Source of the DNA: Nanohaloarchaea archaeon B1-Br10_U2g1
Lineage (GTDB): Archaea; Nanohalarchaeota; Nanosalinia; Nanosalinales; Nanosalinaceae
DNA length: 64,000 bases
Reading direction: 5' to 3'
NCBI GenBank assembly: GCA_001563875.1
Contig: LKMN01000001.1
Coordinates: forward strand, 32,001 to 96,000
The position numbers and the translations under genes are program-made. The notes beneath the pieces are model-generated. The model saw nothing but the letters and a program-made list of their open reading frames with translations, ran no database searches and had not been told where the DNA came from. Of the stretch, positions 30,237 through 39,402 are shown one piece after another; the stretch's first letter is position 1, and each line of letters opens with the position of its first letter.

Positions 30237-32303
30237 CTATCTTATCCTACTTCCTTTCTCTATATCCCCTTCTGATTTAAGCAGCGAAACATTTCCTTCT
30301 TCGTCTTCTGCCGCCAACATCATACACTCGCTTTTTTCTCCCCTAAGTTCTGCGGGCTCCAGATTTGCTAAAATTGTAACCTTCTTACCGTCAAGCTCGT
30401 CTGGTCTATAATGATTCTTCAGTCCGGCACAAGTCTGTAGAGTGGCCTCTCCAATATCTATCTTGACTTTGTAGAGCTTATCTGCGTTCGGATGTTCTTC
30501 TACAGAAACTACCTCTCCAACCCTGATATCCATGTCCTGAAAGTCTTCAAAACTAACTGTGTTGTCGTTAAAACTGTCTTCTTCTGACTCTTCCATAGCA
30601 TCTTTCTTCTCGTCAACCTCTATCTTTTCAAACAATATTTCTCGTTTACCAAGCCTGTGCCCGGACTCTATGCCTCCAAGTAACGGATCTACAAACTCGT
30701 TAAATCCCTCTTCTGTATGTATCTCGGTGTTCAGCATACCGCCAATTTTTTCGCTTGTTTCCGGTGTAAAAGGATAAAGTGTTACTCCAAGAGCTCTTAT
30801 TATCCTGACAGATACGTGTATTGTCTCATCTCTCCTGTCTTCGTTGTTCCATGGCTCCTCTTCAGACAAGTATCGGTCTCCTAGCCTTGCAAGCTCCACT
30901 GCTTTATCTAAAGCTTCTTTGGGTTTGTGTTCTTCGAAAAACTTCTCGTATTCTGAGATGATTCTTTCTGCCTCATCTACAACTTCCTCGTCTCTCTGTT
31001 CTAAATCTGCCGCAGGTGCTTTATTATCGAACCATTTTTCGGTTAGGCTCAAAGTCCTGTTGACAAAGTTTCCAATGGTATCGTTCAATACATTGTTTAT
31101 CTCGGATTCAAAGTCTTTCCAAGAGAACGTTGTATCGTGGTTTCTCGGTATCTTACGAGCTAAGTAGAATCTCCAGTAGTCTGCAGGATACATATCCAAT
31201 GCGTCCTCCGTTGAAAGACCTTTGCCTCTTGACTTCGAGAACTTCGTATCCTCTGCAAGCAAGTACTCTTGTATAAACTCGTAGTGTGGAAGCGAGTAGT
31301 CTGTTTCCTCTGTACTTGAACCTGTTAGCATCGAAGGCCACATAACGGCGTGGAATATAGTATTATCTTTTCCTATAGAGTAGTATGTCTCTGCATCTCC
31401 TGTCCAATAATCTTTCCATTCGTCGTTGTCCTGGAAAAGTTCTCTTGTAAAGCCTATATAACCTATAGGTGCATCAAACCATACGTAGAGAACTTTATTG
31501 CTGTAGGTGTCAGCGTCTAAGCTTTCAACTTCTAAACCTTCTTTCTCAATTCTCCTGTTTACCCTGTTCACAGGTATTTCGAATCCCCATTCTATATCTC
31601 GGGTTATACACCGTGGTTCAGTGTCGTCAATTGCGTTCAGTACTTCTTCAAACTTTGAGTCGGGGACAGGCTGAGGTTCCGCGTTTTTAATCCAGTCTCT
31701 TAATTCCTCTTTAAACTTGGTTAGATCGAAGAATAAGTGTGTAGTCTCTCTGAACTCTATATCCTCGCTTCCTGAGATGGTGGAGTAAGGCTCAGTCAGT
31801 TCTTCCGGCTCCACAAGTTTTCCACAGTCGTCACACTGGTCTCCTCGTGATAATCCTCCACAGTGTGGACATCCTCCTTCGACGTACCTGTCTGGAAGGA
31901 AACGGCCATCTTCTTTAGAGTAGGGGAGCGTCTGTTTCTTCTCTTTTATGTATCCGTTACAGTAAAGCTCAGTGAACATGTCATGGGTCTGTCTTTTATT
32001 GTACTCGCTGTGGGTATCACTGTAGATTGAGAAGTCCATAGCCATCTCTTCAAGAACTTCTTCAATCTTCTCATGTTGCTCGTCTTTAAGTTCTTCTACC
32101 GGAATATCTCTTTCGATAGCTTCAAGCTCTAGAGGTGTTCCGTGCACGTCGCTTCCGCATACGAAAATGTTGTCTACTCCTCTAAGATCCAGATATCTAT
32201 GAAATATGTCTGCCGGAAGGAAGCTTCCTACAATGTTTCCTAGATGCGGTACGCCGTGTATATATGGTAGTGCCGAGGTTACAGTGACCTTTCTTTCAGA
32301 GAT
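30237..32303 (-). CDS. metG: Methionine-tRNA ligase with C-terminal tRNA-binding domain; non-canonical start (ATC at 32303)
   Basis: In-frame upstream of track ORF: VTSALPYIHGVPHLGN; Zn knuckle, YVWFDA, KFSKS, Trbp-like tail. Confidence 0.96.
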   Translation of the reverse strand: MSERKVTVTSALPYIHGVPHLGNIVGSFLPADIFHRYLDLRGVDNIFVCGSDVHGTPLELEAIERDIPVEELKDEQHEKIEEVLEEMAMDFSIYSDTHSEYNKRQTHDMFTELYCNGYIKEKKQTLPYSKEDGRFLPDRYVEGGCPHCGGLSRGDQCDDCGKLVEPEELTEPYSTISGSEDIEFRETTHLFFDLTKFKEELRDWIKNAEPQPVPDSKFEEVLNAIDDTEPRCITRDIEWGFEIPVNRVNRRIEKEGLEVESLDADTYSNKVLYVWFDAPIGYIGFTRELFQDNDEWKDYWTGDAETYYSIGKDNTIFHAVMWPSMLTGSSTEETDYSLPHYEFIQEYLLAEDTKFSKSRGKGLSTEDALDMYPADYWRFYLARKIPRNHDTTFSWKDFESEINNVLNDTIGNFVNRTLSLTEKWFDNKAPAADLEQRDEEVVDEAERIISEYEKFFEEHKPKEALDKAVELARLGDRYLSEEEPWNNEDRRDETIHVSVRIIRALGVTLYPFTPETSEKIGGMLNTEIHTEEGFNEFVDPLLGGIESGHRLGKREILFEKIEVDEKKDAMEESEEDSFNDNTVSFEDFQDMDIRVGEVVSVEEHPNADKLYKVKIDIGEATLQTCAGLKNHYRPDELDGKKVTILANLEPAELRGEKSECMMLAAEDEEGNVSLLKSEGDIEKGSRIR

Positions 32304-32488
32304 AAATAATCCACCTAAAACTAAAGTTAAGAGATAAACTCTTTAAACTGACTATTCTTCATCAGGCATAACTTAGTATAGAGAAGACATCTAGCCCAAA
32401 ACTAAAACATTTAAACAACTCCAGACAGGCCTCCAGCATTCTTAACTAACTGGGTTAGGTTTTTGAAAGCTGGGAGATAGTTGATAAC

Positions 32489-33907
32489 ATGAAACAAAAA
32501 AAGACTAAGATTGTCGCTACTATAGGTCCAGCATCCAACTCTAAAAGAACGATAGAAGAACTCGTTGATGCAGGGGTCGATGTTTTTAGATTCAACTTCT
32601 CTCACAGTGACCATGAAACACATGAAGAGGTTTTCGATAGAGTTAGAGAGGTATCTGATGATATTGCCTTAATGCTGGACACCAAGGGTCCAGAAGTAAG
32701 ACTTAGAGAAGTAGAAGAAAGCACAGAGCTTCAAGGCGGCGAAACTGTCGAGATCACTTCTGAAAAAGTTATAGGAAACAGTAGAAAGCTTTCAATAAAT
32801 CATGTAGGTATAGAGAACAGGCTGGAAGAGGGAGACAGAATACTAATTGATGATGGTAAAGTAGCTCTAAAGGTCAAAGCCATCGGAGAAAACATAGAAT
32901 GTCTTGTACAGAATGGAGGAGAGATAGGTTCACGTAAATCCGTTAACGTACCGGGCAAAGACGTAGGTCTCTCAGCTCCTACAGAAAAAGACCTTAAAGA
33001 TCTGAAGTTCGGAGCCGAGAAAGGTTTTGACTTCGTGGCTCTATCGTTTGTGAAAGAAGCTTCAGACGTAGAAGAAGTAAGACAGTTCCTAGAAGAACAT
33101 GATGCAGATATTGATATCATATCTAAGATTGAGCATTTGAAAGCTGTAGAGAACTACAGCGAGATTTTGGAAGCATCAGATGGTGTTATGGTTGCACGAG
33201 GAGATCTTGGTGTGGAGGCAAGACCTGCAAGAGTCCCTCTGCTACAGAAAGAGCAGATCAGAGAGGCTAATAGAGCTTCTAAGCCTGTTATAACTGCAAC
33301 TCAGATGCTCGAATCAATGACTGAGAATCCTATGGCTACACGAGCCGAAGCCTCCGATGTTGCAAACGCTGTGATAGATGGTACGGATGCAGTTATGCTT
33401 TCCGGAGAATCGGCTGTGGGAGACTATCCTGTTAAGGCAGTAGAGTTCATGAAAAATATTGTTAAGGAAGTAGAGAAATCAAATGGAGACGATATACACC
33501 ATACAGTTAAACAAAGATCTAAGACTGTGACAGATGTAATATCCAAGAGTGTATGGCAGTCATCAAAAGATCTGGATACAGACCTTATAGTCGCTCACAC
33601 CTCTTCAGGCTCCACAGCAAAAAACATTGCCAGATACAGGCCAAATCAATCCATAATAGCATTCACTGATAAAAAAGAAGTGAAGAGGAAGCTTAATCTA
33701 GTATGGGGAGTGAAACCAATATATATAGAGTTTTCAGGATCTGTAGACGACTTAATCTACAGATCTGCTAAAACGCTCTATGATAGAGGTATTGTCGAAG
33801 AAGATAATCAGATTGTGCTGTCATCAGGCGTGCCTACAGCCGTACCAGGAGCAACTAACATGATGGAGATAAGAAATGTCGAAGATATTCTAGAGCACAA
33901 AAGCTAG
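32489..33907 (+). CDS. pyk: Pyruvate kinase
   Basis: TKIVATIGP, LDTKGPE, MVARGDLGVE, ATQMLESM. Confidence 0.98.
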   Translation: MKQKKTKIVATIGPASNSKRTIEELVDAGVDVFRFNFSHSDHETHEEVFDRVREVSDDIALMLDTKGPEVRLREVEESTELQGGETVEITSEKVIGNSRKLSINHVGIENRLEEGDRILIDDGKVALKVKAIGENIECLVQNGGEIGSRKSVNVPGKDVGLSAPTEKDLKDLKFGAEKGFDFVALSFVKEASDVEEVRQFLEEHDADIDIISKIEHLKAVENYSEILEASDGVMVARGDLGVEARPARVPLLQKEQIREANRASKPVITATQMLESMTENPMATRAEASDVANAVIDGTDAVMLSGESAVGDYPVKAVEFMKNIVKEVEKSNGDDIHHTVKQRSKTVTDVISKSVWQSSKDLDTDLIVAHTSSGSTAKNIARYRPNQSIIAFTDKKEVKRKLNLVWGVKPIYIEFSGSVDDLIYRSAKTLYDRGIVEEDNQIVLSSGVPTAVPGATNMMEIRNVEDILEHKS

Positions 33908-34674
33908 ATTATACGGCTTTTGAGTCTTGTAAGGCTTGAAAGCCCATAATCCGGCTTTCTGAAATCTTCTGCCTGTGAAAGCTGTTCTCTATCAATATCT
34001 CCTGACATGACAGCTGCGGTTGTCATTCCCAGTCTATTACCTGTTTCGATATCAGCAAAACGGTCTCCTATAAATGCTGAAGAGCTCGGGAAATAGCTGA
34101 AGTACCTTTTGAGAATTTTCCGGTACTCTATACTCGGTTTTCCTATAAGTACTGGCTCTGCAAAGCTTTCCAGCGCTTTATTGTATGTTCCCTGGTGCGG
34201 TTTTATCTTAGACATTGTTCTGAATGTGGACTCTCTACTACATAAGATAAGATCTCCGCCGTTTTGGAGGATTTGCTGCGCTTTCTCAAGTTTATCGTAG
34301 GAAAACTGTCTATCTAAACCTATTAGAACAGTGTCAGCGTTTTGATCTACTCTTATCTCCTGTTTATCCAACTCTTCCATAAGTCCTTGTTCTCCTATAG
34401 CGTAGACCTGGTTAATATTCCTCTCCGCCAAGTATTCTGCAGCCACATAACTAGAGGTAATTATATCGTCTTTTTCTGTAGGGATACCAAAACCTGTTAA
34501 CTTCTTCGCATACCCTTCACGTGAGAGAATACTGTTGTCGGTGTGGAAGTAGATTTTCTTACCGGCCTCGCGTAGACTGTCTATTGTATCCTCCGCTCCT
34601 ATAATGGTTTCATCCCAGTTCCATATGGTCTTATCTAGGTCGAAGAAAAAGTACTTGAGCTCATCGGTATCCAT
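33904..34674 (-). CDS. HAD-IIA (NagD-like) phosphatase
   Basis: FDLDKT, IGKP, IGDRFADI. Confidence 0.88.
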   Translation of the reverse strand: MDTDELKYFFFDLDKTIWNWDETIIGAEDTIDSLREAGKKIYFHTDNSILSREGYAKKLTGFGIPTEKDDIITSSYVAAEYLAERNINQVYAIGEQGLMEELDKQEIRVDQNADTVLIGLDRQFSYDKLEKAQQILQNGGDLILCSRESTFRTMSKIKPHQGTYNKALESFAEPVLIGKPSIEYRKILKRYFSYFPSSSAFIGDRFADIETGNRLGMTTAAVMSGDIDREQLSQAEDFRKPDYGLSSLTRLKSRII

Positions 34675-34813
34675 AAGGTTGTTCTGGTCTTTAAAACTCT
34701 TATACGTAATTATGTCAGGTTCAACAGAACCAGTGAAAGAACCTTTTCCCAGCGCGGAAAGGAGTTAGGAAAAGGATATTAACTTTATTTATAATCCTGA
34801 TCCAAGTTTCCCT

Positions 34814-37474
34814 ATGAAGATAATAAAAATCCTGTTGATCTTCTTGTTTCTGTCTATAAGCGCTGTATCTGCGGAACACGAACAGAGAACAAGCGTTCCT
34901 GAGATAAGTATTGAAAATGGTGAAAGCTTTGAGGTCTATTCGGACGAAATGGGTAGTATAGATTCCATAGAATTAGAAATAAGACACGATGATGAAACAG
35001 ATCCTTGGGGATCAGATGTTGAAATAGAGAATGAAGATTTACAGAATGTAGATGAAGAGACATTATCTGAAGAGGATGGTTTGATAGAAGCAGAGCTTGA
35101 TGGGTCTATGGAGCTTTTCGAATCAGATATAGATGTCTATGCGGAAGCTGATACAGACATACTGGTAAGCGGTATAACTCTTATAGGAAGTCAGAGATTC
35201 CAAGAGGTGGAGTATGCCGAAGAAGAGGGAACGGGTATTGCTGAGACATTTCATCCGGAGCTGGCTCTTTCAGTACAGCATCCTGACGATCAGGATCTAG
35301 AATATACTTTCTACAATATAGATGACGAATCAGAGCTTGGGGAGACATACTCTTTCACTACCTGCGGCCAAGATGGACGTCATGGTCCGGAGCAAGAAGA
35401 CTGTAATGAAGAGTATCAAGGTAGTAGTCTAGAAGGAAACGTAGAGATAGTTGGAGGTGACAGCGGGGTACAGGAGTGGGAGGTTCCCTTTACCGGAAGA
35501 TATAATCTGACTGCTGTAGGAGCACAAGGAGGAGGTCCGCATGGAGGAGAAGGCGCTTTAATAAATACAGAGTTGGCGCTGGAACAGGGAGACAGACTGA
35601 GGATTGTGAGCGCTCAACAGGGAAATCTGTTCGACCAGACCTTTACTGCCGGTAGTGGAGCCTCTTTTGTAGCTAGAGTAGTTGAAGATGGCTACCAGAT
35701 GTTCGATGGAGAGGAGGTAGAGCCAATACTCATAGCGGGAGGAGGAGCCGGATCTACACGAGCAAATGAGAACCAGGATGCGAATCTAGGGGAGTGTGGA
35801 CGAGACGCAACCCATCAGACAGGAGCCTCTGGAGAGACAGGAGATGGAGGCTGTGGTGGAGATGGAGGAGAAGGAGCCAACAGTGTCAGTTCTGGAGCAG
35901 GACTTCTAGGGGACGGACACCACTCAGGAACTGTTGAAGAAGATCCTCTCGCATATATTGGTAGTTCCAGGGGAGGGGTAGCGGACTCTCAAGGAGGCTT
36001 CGGAGGAGGCGGAGGCTCAAGAGAGGTAATATGGGACAGAGCCGGTGGAGGCGGAGGCTACTCCGGAGGAGGTGCTGCCCGTGGAGGTAACAATGAATGG
36101 GCTGCAGGAGGAGGCGGAGGCTCCTACATAACTAATGATCCGCGATACGATATAGAGGTCCTAAACGAAGAAGTCTCTTCTACAGGCCAAGGGATTGTTG
36201 AGATAGAGATCGAGGGCAGTCCAGAACGGATTATCGGAGATGATTCTGTAGAGTCAGGAGAAGCTGCGGAGGTAGAGTGGTCTGATAGAGACAACTTCGA
36301 GGAGTACAGCTGGGCTGTAGAGGTCTGTACTGAGGGTAGCGAGGAATGTGTCCTGAACACTAATCCCTGGAATTTCGCTGTGGAGATCGAGGACCCTGAA
36401 TTTGACCTAGAGTTCGAAGACTATACTACAGAGCATGCTTTTGATGTTGTGACGGAGATAGAGTTCGGAAGAGATGCTTATGAACCGAGATGCGACTTCA
36501 ACTTTACGAATACAAGAAACGGTGAGCACTATGAGATAGAGGATGTAGAAGTAGAGCCTATCTCTGGCACAGACCGGGAGGCAGTATGTGAAGCAAAAGT
36601 TTACGATGAGAGTCATGAGGACTTCGGCGGAGAACTATTCGAAAACTACGATGTCCTAGACGATATAGAGGTAGGTGTGAACGTTACAGATGAAGATGTT
36701 GGCCACAAATACTTAGAGGATGAAAGACAGATACCTAACCAACCACCTGAACTGGTCTCAGAAAGCCCTGCCGACGGTTCAATAGTGACTGAGGATGAAA
36801 TAGAGCTCTCTGTAACTCCAAGAGACCAGGACGATGAGGATATAACTGTTTACATCTATGAGACGGCCGAGGCAGGTCAAAACTCTGACACTCTGCTCTA
36901 CAGTGAGACGGTTAACGACTTCGACCAAGTAAGTTTTGACGATTGGGGGGATCTCGCCCCGGGAGAGGATTACACATGGTCAGTTGCGTTCGATGACACA
37001 CATGAGAACTCTACATTTGAGTTTGATTTTCTACGTTTAACCTCGGAGAGTTACAGGGTTGAGAAAACTTTGGAATATGACTATACTACACTTTTACTTA
37101 TGGAAGAAGAGAATACGGACTTCGTATTTAGTGTACAGAACAGGATAGATGCCACTCAAGAAAGTCTTAGAACCTATGTAGAAGGTCCGAACGCTAGATT
37201 CATGGACTCTGGTGAAGAAGTTAAGGAGTATGATATGGGTCCTGGTGAGGAAAGACAGTTCCATATAGAACTTGAGCCTGAGCAGACTGGTGATAAGGAA
37301 TTAAAATTAGTAACCGAAGATCAGGTGACAGGAGTTAACACTACAGAGTCTGTTCCTGTCACGGTTAGAGAGTTTCCCGAAGCATATGATCCTTACAGAG
37401 TTCCAGGAATAAGTGTGCTACAAGTATTATTTTTAGCTCTTGCAGCTACCGGTCTTTATTCTGTACGACTCTGA
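34814..37474 (+). CDS. Cell-surface protein with ALK/LTK-like glycine-rich domain, Ig-like modules and C-terminal PG-TM anchor
   Basis: Signal peptide; FTTCG..GP..C, GVQEWEVP, GGFGGGG, GGGGGYSGG; C-term VPGI + TM. Confidence 0.75.
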   Translation: MKIIKILLIFLFLSISAVSAEHEQRTSVPEISIENGESFEVYSDEMGSIDSIELEIRHDDETDPWGSDVEIENEDLQNVDEETLSEEDGLIEAELDGSMELFESDIDVYAEADTDILVSGITLIGSQRFQEVEYAEEEGTGIAETFHPELALSVQHPDDQDLEYTFYNIDDESELGETYSFTTCGQDGRHGPEQEDCNEEYQGSSLEGNVEIVGGDSGVQEWEVPFTGRYNLTAVGAQGGGPHGGEGALINTELALEQGDRLRIVSAQQGNLFDQTFTAGSGASFVARVVEDGYQMFDGEEVEPILIAGGGAGSTRANENQDANLGECGRDATHQTGASGETGDGGCGGDGGEGANSVSSGAGLLGDGHHSGTVEEDPLAYIGSSRGGVADSQGGFGGGGGSREVIWDRAGGGGGYSGGGAARGGNNEWAAGGGGGSYITNDPRYDIEVLNEEVSSTGQGIVEIEIEGSPERIIGDDSVESGEAAEVEWSDRDNFEEYSWAVEVCTEGSEECVLNTNPWNFAVEIEDPEFDLEFEDYTTEHAFDVVTEIEFGRDAYEPRCDFNFTNTRNGEHYEIEDVEVEPISGTDREAVCEAKVYDESHEDFGGELFENYDVLDDIEVGVNVTDEDVGHKYLEDERQIPNQPPELVSESPADGSIVTEDEIELSVTPRDQDDEDITVYIYETAEAGQNSDTLLYSETVNDFDQVSFDDWGDLAPGEDYTWSVAFDDTHENSTFEFDFLRLTSESYRVEKTLEYDYTTLLLMEEENTDFVFSVQNRIDATQESLRTYVEGPNARFMDSGEEVKEYDMGPGEERQFHIELEPEQTGDKELKLVTEDQVTGVNTTESVPVTVREFPEAYDPYRVPGISVLQVLFLALAATGLYSVRL

Positions 37475-37637
37475 CTATATATCCTGCGACACGGTTTCTA
37501 AGCTTCTTTGAGTTGAACTCGCCCATATCTTTGAGTTCTTCTTTGTTTTCATCGAAGTCTTCGCCGAATCTTTCCTCATCAGCGTCTACAAGATCTTTTG
37601 CTAGTCGTTTAATGTATGTTGGTCTTACGCGTCCCAT
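37446..37637 (-). CDS. rps17e: 30S ribosomal protein S17e
   Basis: MGRVRP..IKR, DFDENK, SKKLRNRVAGYI. Confidence 0.95.
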   Translation of the reverse strand: MGRVRPTYIKRLAKDLVDADEERFGEDFDENKEELKDMGEFNSKKLRNRVAGYIVRVVQNKDR

Positions 37638-37696
37638 CAACCTAAGAGTCGAAGACAACATTCTTAAACTACGGGGTCGCTGAAAACTTTATACGG

Positions 37697-37930
37697 ATGA
37701 GAAAGTACCGAGAGTTCCTTACTTCTGCATTTCCAGATGATATTGTAACGAAGGCAGTCCATTTATACAAAGTTGTGAAAATATTTACGTTCTTTTACAT
37801 ACTTTTGGCAGGTTTCTGGATAGCTTTTACTAGAAGTCTGATAGTAGGTATCTCTTTCATGTTCTTCAAGTTCGCGGCTTTTTGGCTTACCTCTATCTTT
37901 GTTGCTCCAGGAGGAAGACCAGCGGTATAA
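37697..37930 (+). CDS. Small membrane protein
   Basis: Two hydrophobic segments. Confidence 0.6.
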   Translation: MRKYREFLTSAFPDDIVTKAVHLYKVVKIFTFFYILLAGFWIAFTRSLIVGISFMFFKFAAFWLTSIFVAPGGRPAV

Positions 37931-37945
37931 ACGTTAAGAGCTGAA

Positions 37946-38671
37946 ATGCAAGATATGGCAGATCCTTTATATCTCCCTGATAGAGAGTACCGGAAGAAGT
38001 TTGAATCCTCAGTAGTGAAAGTAGAGTCTGATGGAAGCTACATAGTACTTCAAGAGACTCTTTTCTATAAGGAGGGAGGAGGACAACCCTCAGACAAGGG
38101 AAAAATTTACTGGAAAAACAAAGAATCTGAAGTAGTCGACGTTCAGAGAGAGGATGGAGAGGTAAGACATTACATTAAGGGACAGCTGCCTAAGCCTGGA
38201 GAGAAAGTCAAAGGAGAGATAGAATGGGATAGACGTTACAAACATATGAGAATGCATACTGCGCAACACTTAATATCTTGGATCGTTCTGAACATGTACG
38301 GAGCCTCAACAGCCGGAAATCAGATACATGAGGACTACTCTCGTATCGATTTCAAACCTGTAGAGTTCTCAGAAAGAGATGTAGAGAAGATTGAGAAAGC
38401 TGCAAATTCGCTTATAAAGAAAGAGCTTGGAGTCCAGAAGAAGATGATGGACAGAGAACAACTCGAACAGCAAGTAAAGGACGGAAGAACGAAACTTGAC
38501 ATAATACCGGATCATATCGATCCTTTAAGGATAGTAGTTATAGGAGGCGAAGATATCTGTCCTTGTGGAGGCACGCATGTGGATAACCTTGAAGAGATCG
38601 GAGAAATCGAGATAACAGATCGGAAGAGTAAAGGCTCAGATACTGAAAGAATAAAGTTCGAGCTGGCCTAG
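37946..38671 (+). CDS. alaX: Alanyl-tRNA editing protein AlaX-M
   Basis: GGGQPSD, HTAQH, CGGTH. Confidence 0.93.
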   Translation: MQDMADPLYLPDREYRKKFESSVVKVESDGSYIVLQETLFYKEGGGQPSDKGKIYWKNKESEVVDVQREDGEVRHYIKGQLPKPGEKVKGEIEWDRRYKHMRMHTAQHLISWIVLNMYGASTAGNQIHEDYSRIDFKPVEFSERDVEKIEKAANSLIKKELGVQKKMMDREQLEQQVKDGRTKLDIIPDHIDPLRIVVIGGEDICPCGGTHVDNLEEIGEIEITDRKSKGSDTERIKFELA

Positions 38672-39375
38672 TAAAGATAGCTGTCAGAGGTCTTTAATCT
38701 GTCTTCAATAAAGCTATCTTTGTACCATTCGTCTATATCTGTAGTGTTTGGTCTTTCTCCATATGCTTCAGTCCATTCCCAATAACAGTAACCATTATTG
38801 TTGAAGGTTATTTCCTCTTTTACTTTTTCTACAGGCAAAATTAGCTCTCCGATTAAGGCAGATTCAATTTCCGGACTTAGAGGCTCTAAAGGTACGCTGA
38901 AATCTTGTTCGAAATCTTTCTCAAAATCAGAACGAGGGTAATGGACTACAGTATGGAGTAGAGAATCTCTCTCAGCCAGTTTATTTATAGAGTTCTCTCT
39001 CATGTAGATTCCTCCTGGTCTGGAGTACCAGTTCCCAGTACCATCCTGGCCTTGGCTTACTAATACGGCAGCTCCTTTCGCCTGAACCTCTATATCTTCA
39101 AAGGCTCCGTCTTTGACTACGAGGTCTATACATCCATTGTTAACACGCTCCATGTTGTAGTTTTCCTCAAGATATCTCTCAACCATGTCACCTATACCTT
39201 CAGTATATCGGTCTAGATCTGGTCTACCCCACTCTTCCCTCTTATCTGCAGGCCTTTTCTCAAGAGGTCTGACAGAGTTTTTGGTTCTATTGTTCATGAC
39301 AAAGTAGGGATGCCAAGGTCTATAGGATCCGCCGAGCTCAGAATATAGCTTGTTTATCGTCTCTGTCCCTGTCAT
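38668..39375 (-). CDS. Hypothetical protein, possible PD-(D/E)xK nuclease fold
   Basis: E..IDL..EVQAKG pattern. Confidence 0.5.
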   Translation of the reverse strand: MTGTETINKLYSELGGSYRPWHPYFVMNNRTKNSVRPLEKRPADKREEWGRPDLDRYTEGIGDMVERYLEENYNMERVNNGCIDLVVKDGAFEDIEVQAKGAAVLVSQGQDGTGNWYSRPGGIYMRENSINKLAERDSLLHTVVHYPRSDFEKDFEQDFSVPLEPLSPEIESALIGELILPVEKVKEEITFNNNGYCYWEWTEAYGERPNTTDIDEWYKDSFIEDRLKTSDSYLY

Positions 39376-39402
39376 TTCACTATCCTTTATCGATATAGGT
39401 AT

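Noticed and set aside
35950-36130. GGAGGC-rich DNA as repeat or G-quadruplex element
   Set aside because: Explained by glycine codons of the surface protein
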